From Alphaproteobacteria bacterium UBA6187 (GTDB lineage Bacteria; Pseudomonadota; Alphaproteobacteria; Rickettsiales; UBA6187), in assembly GCA_002422795.1 (NCBI GenBank), contig DITJ01000004.1:31329-95328 (forward strand): 64,000 nt of DNA, read 5' to 3'. Positions 21,172 through 29,668 of this stretch are shown here, in pieces. Within the stretch, counting starts at the first letter, position 1. Each line of letters begins with the position of its first letter. The notes under the pieces were generated by a model. That model was not told the origin of the DNA, did not search any database, and was given only the letters and a program-made list of their open reading frames with translations. The translations under genes were made by a program, and so were the position numbers.

Positions 21172-22431
21172 CTATCTCGGCCTAATGCTGCCATTACTTC
21201 TTACCACATATTTATAAGTAGTCAGTTGCTCCACCCCAACTGGCCCACGCGCGTGCAGCTTGCCTGTGGAAATACCAATTTCCGCGCCCATGCCAAATTC
21301 TCCGCCATCCGCAAACTGGGTGGAAGTATTATGCATTACAATGGCGCTATCAATACGGTTTAGGAACTCGGCTGCTGCAATGTTATCAGCAGTTATAATA
21401 GAATCAGTGTGGTGCGAGCTGTGAGTGTTGATAAAATCAATCGCTTCACTAATGCCGGAAACTATTTTCACAGAAATTATTGCATCCAGATATTCCGTAT
21501 CCCAATCGGCATCTGTGGCGGGCACTATGCTGCTATCAATTTTCCTTGCTGCCTCATCGCCGCGTATTTCGCAACCCTCAGATTTAAGCGCGGCAATAAT
21601 TAATGGCAAAGCTTTATCTGCAACTTTGCTATCAATCACCAGCGATTCGGTAGCCCCGCAAACACCAAGGCGGCGCATTTTTGCGTTACTAACCACATTT
21701 ACAGCCATGTCTAAATCAGCTTTTTCGTGTATATAAGTGTGGCAATTGCCATCCAGGTGCAGCAAAGTTGGCACGCGGCTTTCATCCATAACCCTTTTGC
21801 ACAGGCCTTTGCCACCGCGCGGCACGATTACATCAATATATTCAGGCATTGCAAGCATTGCGCCGACTGCCTCCCTATCTTGCACAGGCACTAGCTGGAT
21901 AGCATTTTCAGTAATTCCGGCACTGCGCAAGCCCTCATGCAAACTATCAACAATTGCTTTTGAAGAATTAAAGCTTTCCGAGCCACCGCGCAAAATAGCG
22001 CTATTGCCTGATTTCAGGCATAGTGCCCCTGCATCTGCGGTAACATTCGGACGCGATTCATAAATTATGCCAATTACACCAAGTGGAACACTCACGCGCG
22101 ATATATCCAACCCGCTTGGCCTGTCCCAATTCGCATGGGTTTTTCCCACCGGGTCTGGCAGCAGGGCGATTTCTTCCAGGCTTTTTGCAATTGCGCCAAT
22201 GCGGCTTTCGTTTAGTTCCAGGCGATCAAGCAGTGCTTTATCTAATCCTTTCGTCTTGCCCGCATCCATATCTAATTTATTGGCTGCAAGGATTTTATCA
22301 GTATTTTTACGCAGCGCCGCCGCCGCCGCGCAAAGCCCGGTATTTTTATCTTCCGCACTTGTACTGGCAAGCTCAAGAGCGGCAATTTTAGCTTGTTTAC
22401 CAAGCTGCTGCATCATTTGTTTTATGTTCAT
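21172..22431 (-). CDS. proA: glutamate-5-semialdehyde dehydrogenase
   Basis: 419 aa ALDH-like protein with IYESRPNV and NTSTQFADGGEFGMGAEIGIST. It lies downstream of proB. Confidence 0.95.
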   Translation of the reverse strand: MNIKQMMQQLGKQAKIAALELASTSAEDKNTGLCAAAAALRKNTDKILAANKLDMDAGKTKGLDKALLDRLELNESRIGAIAKSLEEIALLPDPVGKTHANWDRPSGLDISRVSVPLGVIGIIYESRPNVTADAGALCLKSGNSAILRGGSESFNSSKAIVDSLHEGLRSAGITENAIQLVPVQDREAVGAMLAMPEYIDVIVPRGGKGLCKRVMDESRVPTLLHLDGNCHTYIHEKADLDMAVNVVSNAKMRRLGVCGATESLVIDSKVADKALPLIIAALKSEGCEIRGDEAARKIDSSIVPATDADWDTEYLDAIISVKIVSGISEAIDFINTHSSHHTDSIITADNIAAAEFLNRIDSAIVMHNTSTQFADGGEFGMGAEIGISTGKLHARGPVGVEQLTTYKYVVRSNGSIRPR

Positions 22432-22437
22432 TCGTTA

Positions 22438-22548
22438 TCAGAGTTCAGAATTCAGAGTTCAGAGTTCAGTTAAGTTAAGTAGTAAGACATCATATATAAA
22501 AATATAAAAAATCCAATACTGAACTCTGAACTCTGAACTCCGAACTCT
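22438..22548. repeat. repeat-arm hairpin, TCAGAGT family, between proB and proA
   Basis: tcagagttcagaattcagagttcagagttcag faces ctgaactctgaactctgaactccgaactct. It ends 6 nt from the proA start. Confidence 0.85.
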
Positions 22549-22554
22549 AAAACC

Positions 22555-23676
22555 CTACTCCTCTAATACTAAATTATCCCTATGTATCAGCTCATCACGT
22601 CCTGAAAAGCCTACCATATTCTCAATTTCTTCACTTTGCTGGCCCATTATCAGCCTGGCATCGTCTGATGTATAAGCTGCAATGCCAACGCCGATTTTGT
22701 GCAACCTGCTATCTTTTATCATAACTGTATCGCCGCGGTCAAATCTTCCGGTTATATCCATAACTCCGGCAGGAAGCAGGCTTTTGCCGCCTTTTAATGC
22801 CTTTACCGCCCCATCATCAATGATAATTTCCCCTTGCACATTAAGGCTGCTGGCTATCCAGCGTTTTCGCGCTCTTCTGGGGTTATCGGATGATAAAAAC
22901 ACCGTATATTTAGCAGATTTCTCCAACGATTTAACCGGGTTTTTTTCCTTACCAGAAGCAAGAATCATCGTGCAGCCGCTAGATACTGAAATTTTAGCCG
23001 CCTCTATCTTTGTAACCATACCGCCAGAGCCAATTCCGCTGGATAAAGCCCCGCTTGCCATATCCTCTATCTGCCTTGTAATTTCCTTGACCTCAGGAAT
23101 ATGTTTTGCATCAGGCTCCAGACGCGGATTGCCAGTATAAAGCCCATCAACATCAGAAAAAAGGATTAATAAATCGGCGCTTACCATTTGCGCCACGCGC
23201 GCAGCCAGGCGATCATTATCGCCAAAGCGGAGTTCCTCGGTTGCTACCGTGTCATTTTCGTTAATAATCGGCACAACGCCGTTTAATAATAATGTTTCAA
23301 GCGTATTTTTTGCATTCAGGTAATTCCGGCGGTTTTCTGAATCGAATATAGTAAGCAGAATTTGCGCCACCGGAATATTGTTTTTTCCCAGGAATTCCTG
23401 ATATTTACGCACCAGCTCCGGCTGGCCGCAGGCTGCCGCTGCCTGTTTTTCTTCCAGTTTTAATGTGCGCTTACCACTGGTTATATATTTCCTTCCCAAA
23501 GCTACCGAGCCGGAAGTAACAATAATTACATCCTTGCCGCGCTGTTTTAATGACGCAACATCACTTGCCAGAGTTTTAAGCCAATCCTCACGCAAATGAC
23601 CTCCATCCTGGTCTACCATTAATGATGAGCCAACTTTGATAACTATCTTTTTTGCTTTTTCTATTAGTGTAGTCAT
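22555..23676 (-). CDS. proB: glutamate 5-kinase
   Basis: Amino-acid kinase domain (IVIKVGSS, NENDTV) plus a C-terminal PUA domain. Confidence 0.95.
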   Translation of the reverse strand: MTTLIEKAKKIVIKVGSSLMVDQDGGHLREDWLKTLASDVASLKQRGKDVIIVTSGSVALGRKYITSGKRTLKLEEKQAAAACGQPELVRKYQEFLGKNNIPVAQILLTIFDSENRRNYLNAKNTLETLLLNGVVPIINENDTVATEELRFGDNDRLAARVAQMVSADLLILFSDVDGLYTGNPRLEPDAKHIPEVKEITRQIEDMASGALSSGIGSGGMVTKIEAAKISVSSGCTMILASGKEKNPVKSLEKSAKYTVFLSSDNPRRARKRWIASSLNVQGEIIIDDGAVKALKGGKSLLPAGVMDITGRFDRGDTVMIKDSRLHKIGVGIAAYTSDDARLIMGQQSEEIENMVGFSGRDELIHRDNLVLEE

Positions 23677-23692
23677 TTTTTTGTACTTTACC

Positions 23693-23907
23693 GTTAGTGT
23701 ATTAGGTGATAGGTAATAGGTTTCAGGTGATGGGGAAGAAAAATATAGTAAATTTCATTTTTATTTACGCGTTGTCGTTCAGCGGATTCATAAAATTCAC
23801 GTAGTATACCTACGCTAAAATTTTATTCACCTTGAACTCCTAGCGTAAATAAAAAGCAAATTCACTATACTTCCCTAACACCCATTCCCTAACACCTATC
23901 ACCTAAT
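23693..23907. repeat. repeat-arm hairpin (TAGGTGA-type) whose loop carries a MITE
   Basis: The arms at 23693..23735 and 23870..23907 end in 12 perfectly complementary nt (taggtgataggt / acctatcaccta). The MITE at 23744..23869 lies between them. Confidence 0.7.
23744..23869. mobile_element. MITE, arm type B / core type 2
   Basis: Arms are tatagtaaatttcatttttatttacgcg / gcgtaaataaaaagcaaattcactata. The core cggattcataaaattcacgtag...aaaattttattcaccttgaactcctag is shared with the 26169, 27809 and 28698 elements. Confidence 0.8.
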
Positions 23908-23912
23908 TTATT

Positions 23913-24146
23913 ATGCCACTACCAGCAAGTACAATAGAAAATTTAATTTTAGAAGCTTTTCCTGATGCAAAAATCAAAATTGTTGATTTGGCGGGGGATA
24001 ATGACCATTGGTCGGTGGAAGTAATATCGAAAGATTTCCAGGGCAAGAGCCGCATTGAGCAGCATAAAATGGTATATGCAGCGCTTAAAGGGAAAATGGG
24101 CGGGGAGTTGCACGCGATGCAATTAAAAACTGGTTCTGGCGATTAA
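23913..24146 (+). CDS. BolA family protein
   Basis: 77 aa with DHWSVEVISKDFQGKSRIEQHKMVY...LHAMQLKT. It sits in the usual position upstream of grxD. Confidence 0.85.
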   Translation: MPLPASTIENLILEAFPDAKIKIVDLAGDNDHWSVEVISKDFQGKSRIEQHKMVYAALKGKMGGELHAMQLKTGSGD

Positions 24147-24155
24147 GGTTTTTTT

Positions 24156-24542
24156 ATGGAAAAAGATTTTGATTTGTGGACTGGGCATAAGAAGAAAGCG
24201 CATGGTGCGAATAAGCGCGCTTCGTTTAAAGAAGTTGAAGTCTGGTGGTGTTGTATAGGCGCTAATGTAGGGGATGAAGAAGACGGCAAAGGACTATATT
24301 TTACCAGACCAGTATTGATATTTAAAAAGTTTAACCAGAATATTTTTCTGGGTATTCCACTAAGTACACAAATAAAAGAAAGTCGCTTTTATTATAAATT
24401 ACATTTTAAAGGTATAGAACAAAGCGCACTATTATCACAACTAAGAATATTTGATGCAAAAAGACTTAGGGAGAGGATGGGCGAGTTACCAGCAGATGAA
24501 TTTAACAAGCTAAAGGAAAAAATAAAACAACTAATTTTATAG
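24156..24542 (+). CDS. PemK/MazF-like toxin-fold protein, solitary
   Basis: EVWWCCIGANVGDEEDGKG..FTRPVLIFKKF....FLGIPLSTQIK....SALLSQLRIFDAKRL matches the pattern of the solo PemK/MazF-like family. No small partner ORF is present on either side. Confidence 0.65.
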   Translation: MEKDFDLWTGHKKKAHGANKRASFKEVEVWWCCIGANVGDEEDGKGLYFTRPVLIFKKFNQNIFLGIPLSTQIKESRFYYKLHFKGIEQSALLSQLRIFDAKRLRERMGELPADEFNKLKEKIKQLIL

Positions 24543-24549
24543 TTTTACT

Positions 24550-24584
24550 CCGCCCCCTTTACGGGGGCGGCCGCGGGTATTCCC
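24550..24584 (+). other. two consecutive all-GC hairpins after the MazF-like gene
   Basis: ccgccccc-tttac-gggggcgg followed by cggg-tatt-cccg. No T-run follows. They are conspicuous in AT-rich DNA. Confidence 0.5.
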
Positions 24585-24748
24585 GATTTATAAGGTTAAT
24601 TATAATATATCTTTAAGTTATATTCAAGTAGTATATTACTTAAAATTAATAAGCCTACTTGCAAAGAACCCTTATGGGCATTTCCAATTTGGACGTAGTT
24701 AATATATAGACAAGAATTATTCACGCTAGCAATAAACAGGAGAAGAAA

Positions 24749-25081
24749 ATGTCCCAACCAGAAATATACAAAACCATACAGAGCGAAATAGAATCAAACG
24801 ATATAGTTCTATTCATGAAAGGCACGCCAAAATTCCCGCAATGCGGATTTTCTGCGGCTGTTACCCATATTCTAAACACTCATGGGGTGGAATTTAAAGG
24901 TATAAATGTACTTGAAGACCCCGCGATTCGCGAAGGCATTAAGGCTTTCAGTGATTGGCCAACTATCCCGCAGCTTTATATAAAAGGCGAGTTTATTGGC
25001 GGTTGTGATATCACCAAGGAAATGGCTATAAGCGGTGAATTAAAAGCATTGCTTACTGAAAAGGGCATAAAGGTTGCTTAA
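24749..25081 (+). CDS. grxD: monothiol glutaredoxin (Grx4 family)
   Basis: CGFS active site (PQCGFS) and WPTIPQLYIKGEFIGGCDI. Confidence 0.9.
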   Translation: MSQPEIYKTIQSEIESNDIVLFMKGTPKFPQCGFSAAVTHILNTHGVEFKGINVLEDPAIREGIKAFSDWPTIPQLYIKGEFIGGCDITKEMAISGELKALLTEKGIKVA

Positions 25082-26005
25082 ATGGCTTCTGCAATAAAAA
25101 TAAGTGATCTTTACAAGGCTTATAATACCAAGCGCGGCCAAAAGGTGGCGCTTGACCATATAAACCTGGAAGTGCCGGAAGGCTCGTTCTTTGGCCTGCT
25201 TGGGCCAAATGGCGCGGGAAAATCCACACTTATTAATATTATTGCTGGCTTGGTAAATAAAACCAGCGGCAGCGCAGAAATATGCGGCTATGATGCTGAA
25301 AAACAGGCCAAACAAGCACGCAAACTGATAGGTATAGTGCCGCAGGAATTAGTGCTTGATCCGTTCTTTCCGCCATATGAGGCGCTTGAATATACGGCTG
25401 GTTTTTACGGCATTCCCAAAAACAAACGCCGCACCATGGAAATTATTGAGGCAATGGGGCTAAAAGATAAAGCCCACGCGCCATCACGCAGCCTTTCCGG
25501 CGGTATGCGCCGCAGGCTGCTGATTGCCAAGGCACTTGTGCATTCCCCGAAAGTATTGATTTTAGATGAACCTACTGCGGGAGTGGATGTGGAGCTGCGC
25601 CAGCAATTATGGGATTATGTGAAGCGCCTGAATAAAGAGCATGGTACTACCATATTACTCACAACGCATTACCTGGAAGAGGCCGAAACATTGTGTGACC
25701 GCATTGCGGTAATTAATCATGGAAAAATTATTTCTAATGATAGCAAAGCCAATATAATGAAAGTTATCGACCGCAAGAAGCTTATTGTTTCGACAAAAAG
25801 CGCACTTAAAGAAGTTCCAGAAGAATTAGAAAAATTCAGCGCTAATATTACAGATGATGGCCGTCTGGAAATAAACTATCGCAGCTTGGAGGTTTCCGTT
25901 GGAGAGATCCTACAAGCCCTTGCAAACGCAAAAATAGAAATCCGCGACCTTTCTACCGAAGAGCCGGATTTAGAAGAGATATTCAGGCATTTGACCAAGA
26001 GTTAA
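25082..26005 (+). CDS. ABC transporter ATP-binding protein (no adjacent permease gene)
   Basis: Walker A GPNGAGKST, signature LSGGMRRR and Walker B VLILDEPTAG, plus a C-terminal extension of about 80 aa. Confidence 0.85.
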   Translation: MASAIKISDLYKAYNTKRGQKVALDHINLEVPEGSFFGLLGPNGAGKSTLINIIAGLVNKTSGSAEICGYDAEKQAKQARKLIGIVPQELVLDPFFPPYEALEYTAGFYGIPKNKRRTMEIIEAMGLKDKAHAPSRSLSGGMRRRLLIAKALVHSPKVLILDEPTAGVDVELRQQLWDYVKRLNKEHGTTILLTTHYLEEAETLCDRIAVINHGKIISNDSKANIMKVIDRKKLIVSTKSALKEVPEELEKFSANITDDGRLEINYRSLEVSVGEILQALANAKIEIRDLSTEEPDLEEIFRHLTKS

Positions 26006-26168
26006 GTAGGTATTATTATTCAATGAATTATGCAGGAAAGAAAAATATACAAATAGATAATTAGAATAAGAAATGCGCACTAAACTCACTAACAATAATG
26101 CATGTTAAAAGAAGCTATGACAATCTTCTTGCATTCTATATAAATCCTGTATAATCCTCGGCTAATAG

Positions 26169-26344
26169 CAATTCCATATCAGCGACAAACATTGTCGTGC
26201 ATCGTCTTACAAAATTGGCGAACCTTTGGCATGATGAAATATAAGTAAGCTTTATTTCATCATGCCTCGGTTTCACGTAGAAAACCTACGCTGAAATTTT
26301 GTTCGCCTTGCACTCCTAGTTTGCCTATGATCTAGAAATGGCAT
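26169..26344. mobile_element. MITE, long form with core type 2 plus central module
   Basis: It aligns with the reverse complement of the 27809 element. It has an extra central hairpin, ggcatgatgaaatataagtaagctttatttcatcatgcc, which is also present in the 28698 element. Confidence 0.7.
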
Positions 26345-26363
26345 AAGTAAATAACCAAAAGGG

Positions 26364-27248
26364 ATGAACATGTTTAAAGGTGCAATAACCGCGCTTATTA
26401 CGCCATTCAAAGATGGCAAAGTTGATGAAAAAGCGTATCAGGCATTTATAGAGTGGCAGATTAATGAAGGAATCCATGGCCTTGTGCCGTGCGGTACTAC
26501 AGGCGAATCCCCAACCCTTACCCACGAAGAGCATAACCGTGTGATTGAATTATGCGTGGAAGTGGCAAAGGGCAGGGTGCCTGTGATTGCTGGAACCGGT
26601 TCAAATTCAACAGAAGAAGCTGTTGCCCTTTCTGTTCACGCTGAAAAATGCGGTGCGGATGCAGTGCTGGTTGCCGCGCCTTATTATAACAAACCTAACC
26701 AGGAAGGTTTATTCCAGCATTATAAAGCGATTAATGATGCCATTAATATCCCGATTATAACTTACAATATCCCTGGCCGTTCCGTGGTTGATATTGCTGA
26801 TGAAACGACCGTGCGTATGGTTCATGAGCTTAAAAACATTGTTGGTATAAAAGATGCTACAGGCAATTTGGTTCGCGTAAGTACTTTAAGGATGAAGCTG
26901 GAAGGAAGAGGGTTCTGCCAGTTATCTGGTGATGACGGCACGGCTATTGCTTTTAATTCGCAAGGCGGTGTGGGCTGCATATCCGTTACATCCAATATTG
27001 CCCCTAAAATGGTGGCAGGTGTTCAGAATTTATGGTTTGCCGGAAAAGCAAAAGAGGCATTGGAACTGCATGATAAATTAATGCCGCTGCATGTGGCAAT
27101 GTTTTGCGATACCAGCCCTGGCCCTGCAAAATATGCAGCGAGCCTGCTAAATCTATGCGCACCCGATGTGCGCCTGCCAATTGTTGCCCCTGCAGAAGAT
27201 AAAAAGGTGCAAGTGAAAAAAGCAATGCGGGAGGTGGGTATCATTTAG
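26364..27248 (+). CDS. dapA: 4-hydroxy-tetrahydrodipicolinate synthase
   Basis: GTTGES, YNIPGRS and the active-site Lys context GIKDATG. Confidence 0.95.
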   Translation: MNMFKGAITALITPFKDGKVDEKAYQAFIEWQINEGIHGLVPCGTTGESPTLTHEEHNRVIELCVEVAKGRVPVIAGTGSNSTEEAVALSVHAEKCGADAVLVAAPYYNKPNQEGLFQHYKAINDAINIPIITYNIPGRSVVDIADETTVRMVHELKNIVGIKDATGNLVRVSTLRMKLEGRGFCQLSGDDGTAIAFNSQGGVGCISVTSNIAPKMVAGVQNLWFAGKAKEALELHDKLMPLHVAMFCDTSPGPAKYAASLLNLCAPDVRLPIVAPAEDKKVQVKKAMREVGII

Positions 27249-27316
27249 GGATTGGGATTTAGGGATTGGGGCGCAGAAGAGCCTCCCAATCCCTAATCCC
27301 CATTCCCTAATCCCTA
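27246..27316. repeat. repeat-arm hairpin, TAGGGAT/GGGATT family
   Basis: tagggattgggatttagggattgggg faces cccaatccctaatccccattccctaatcccta. It overlaps the dapA stop and ends 6 nt before the smpB ATG. Confidence 0.85.
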
Positions 27317-27322
27317 TTAAGA

Positions 27323-27793
27323 ATGTCCAACGAAGAACTTCCAGTAAAAAAAATAATAGCAGTAAACCGCAAGGCGCGGTTCGAATATTTTATTGAAGAA
27401 TCGTTTGAAGCCGGAATTATGCTCAAAGGCAGCGAGATAAAATCTATCCGTAACGGCAATGTAAATATTGGTGATGCCTATGCAGATGAGCAGCGCGGGG
27501 AAATATACCTGCTGCAAGCGCATATTGGCGAATATAAAGGTGCAAACCGTTGGGGGCATAACCCCACAAGGCCGCGTAAACTTCTAATGCACAAGGCGGA
27601 AATACGAAAACTATTTGGTAAGCTTAAAGTGAAGGGCTATACGCTTGTGCCGCTTTCTTTATATTTTAATGAAAAGAATATTGCTAAAGTTGAGCTTGGC
27701 CTTGCCAAAGGTAAAAAACAACATGATAAACGCGCCACTGAAAAAGAACGCGATTGGCAGCGGGAAAAAGCCAGGACATTAAAGGGCGAATAG
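27323..27793 (+). CDS. smpB: SsrA-binding protein
   Basis: 156 aa with the family pattern NRKARFEYFIEE..EAGI.L.GSEIKS and a basic C-terminal tail. Confidence 0.95.
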   Translation: MSNEELPVKKIIAVNRKARFEYFIEESFEAGIMLKGSEIKSIRNGNVNIGDAYADEQRGEIYLLQAHIGEYKGANRWGHNPTRPRKLLMHKAEIRKLFGKLKVKGYTLVPLSLYFNEKNIAKVELGLAKGKKQHDKRATEKERDWQREKARTLKGE

Positions 27794-27808
27794 TTTCTCT
27801 CTTTTGTA

Positions 27809-27935
27809 TCATACCAATTTCATATCAAAGACGAAGTAGGAGTGCGAGGCGAACAAAATTTTAGCCTAGTAAACCTAGGTGGATTTTGTAAGACCGATGC
27901 ACGACAACCTTCGTCAAAGATATGGAATTGGTATC
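27809..27935. mobile_element. MITE, short form with core type 2
   Basis: TIRs ataccaatttcatatcaaagacgaag / cttcgtcaaagatatggaattggtat. Confidence 0.75.
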
Positions 27936-28292
27936 AGAATGTTTAAAGCCGTTGCTTTACTATTCCAATAACATTGGCATAAGCTAAAATATTTTTTCTT
28001 ACAAAGCTGAAAAATCGAATTTATAGTGCCAGCTCTTGCGCTGTGTGCCTTGGTTTTTCTGTTATGTTTTTTTATTATCTATTCTGCTTGACTTTCGCTT
28101 ACTAAGAGCTATGTTAAAATTTGAGTTTTGTAATAGGCTCTTGGTTGCAATGTCCCACCTTTTGGTGCCTGTACTTTCAGTATAGGTTGTTTTCTTGATA
28201 TTTGACGAAGAGTTTCCAGTTTTTTGCTGTATTATAAGACTTGTTACGTATGCGACTTATTTGCATATAAAATAATTTTAGGAGAAAGACTA

Positions 28293-28499
28293 ATGGCTAC
28301 AGGAACAGTTAAGTGGTTCAACCCAACTAAAGGATATGGATTCGTTCAGCCGGAAGACGGTGGAAATGATGTATTCGTACACATAAGCGCGGTTGAAGCT
28401 GCTGGCCTGCGTACTCTAAATGAGAATCAACGTGTAGGCTACGAGCTTACTACTGAGAAAGGCAAAACTTCAGCTACCAACCTTAAGATTATTAATTAG
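28293..28499 (+). CDS. cspA: cold-shock protein (CspA family)
   Basis: RNP1 KGYGFV and RNP2 VFVHIS. AGGAG lies 8 nt upstream of ATG 28293. A long AT-rich 5' leader precedes it. Confidence 0.9.
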   Translation: MATGTVKWFNPTKGYGFVQPEDGGNDVFVHISAVEAAGLRTLNENQRVGYELTTEKGKTSATNLKIIN

Positions 28500-28697
28500 T
28501 TGGTTTAAAATTTAAGCTGCTATCTCATTCCACATTATTTTGGTTAACATAATAAAGTGGAATGGTTTCGTTATCGTAAAGATATATGATATAGCAATGC
28601 TTTAGCTAAAGACACTTGGGTCATGCTCAGGTGTTTTTTGCTGTTATAGGCATGAAATGATATTTCTATAGCCTTTTAGTTATGCTATAGTTTTCAA

Positions 28698-28880
28698 TAT
28701 AGCATTTCCCATTTTCATTTATACGTCGTCACTCTTCGGATTCACAAAATTAGCGAACCTTCGGTATGATGAAATATAAGTAAACTTTATTTCATCACAC
28801 TTCGGTTTCACCTAGGTTTACTAGGCTAAAATTTTGTTCACCTCGAATTCCTAGTAGAAATGAAAAGCGGAAGCGCTATA
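28698..28880. mobile_element. MITE, arm type A / core type 2 (long form)
   Basis: Starts tatagcatttcccattttca (arm A) and ends gaaatgaaaagcggaagcgctata. The interior matches the 26169 element. Confidence 0.75.
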
Positions 28881-28891
28881 ATATAAAAAGA

Positions 28892-29513
28892 TTGAAAATG
28901 ACTGGTTTGCAAATAAATCCAACCTTAGCGACCGCCACCGAGCAAGATTTACAAGAAGTACAGGAGATTTATTCGTATTATTTTTTAAATGACACTGTAA
29001 CATTTGAAGAAGTGCCCCCATCTGTTGAAGAGATGATTGCATGGTGGAGGTTGGTAACTGAGAAACTTCTGCCGTATATTGTGATAAAGAATGATAAGAA
29101 AATTATAGGATACGCATATGCTTCACCTTATCACCATAGGAGCGCTTATCGTTTTACCATTGAAGAATCAATATACGTCGAAAAAGATTGGCGTGGTTTT
29201 GGGGTAGGCAAGCAGTTACTTGGTGAAATATAAAACGATGCACTGAACAGGGATATAAACAAATGCTTGCTAGTATTACTAGCGCAGGGAACCCAGCATC
29301 AATCAAACTATAGTATTTCCCATTTTCAATAATGATGCGTCGATCATCGTCTCATGTAGCTCACCTACACATCGACTCGATTTCCTATCATTATTGAAAA
29401 GCGAAAACACTATACATGAGAAATTTGGATTTACAGAAGTTGGGCCACTAAAAAATATAGGTTTTAAATTTGGCCAGTGGCTTGATACAGTCATTATGCA
29501 GAAAGCGCTGTGA
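28892..29513 (+). pseudogene. GNAT (phosphinothricin-acetyltransferase-like) N-acetyltransferase, disrupted
   Basis: The N-terminal part (…RGFGVGKQLLGEI) stops at 29231. The family continues in another frame (IKRCTEQGYKQMLASITSAGNPASIKL), which implies a 1-nt loss near 29228. After a 106-bp MITE it resumes exactly as HEKFGFTEVGPLKNIGFKFGQWLDTVIMQKAL*. Confidence 0.75.
29309..29414. mobile_element. MITE, arm type A / core type 1, inserted in the GNAT gene with TA duplication
   Basis: The junction is aaac-TA[tag...cac]TA-catgag. Removing the element and one TA restores the codons AAA CTA CAT GAG (K L H E). Confidence 0.85.
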
Positions 29514-29668
29514 AATTATCTGTTTCGAAGAATAACATCTGCTTTCTTTACCAAGAAAAAACATTCCTCATACAGTGCCGTATAGATACTTTACCACCCA
29601 AAAACATATCATAATCCCAGCGTAATCATTAGGATTACGCGAGCAACCATCTTTAAGGAGATTGATTT

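Noticed and set aside
27794-28292. tmRNA (ssrA), possibly the two-piece alphaproteobacterial form, near smpB.
   Set aside because: No tRNA-like acceptor/T-arm (GGTTCGA..CC...CCA) and no tag reading frame are visible. The region is explained by a MITE (27809..27935) and the long cspA leader.
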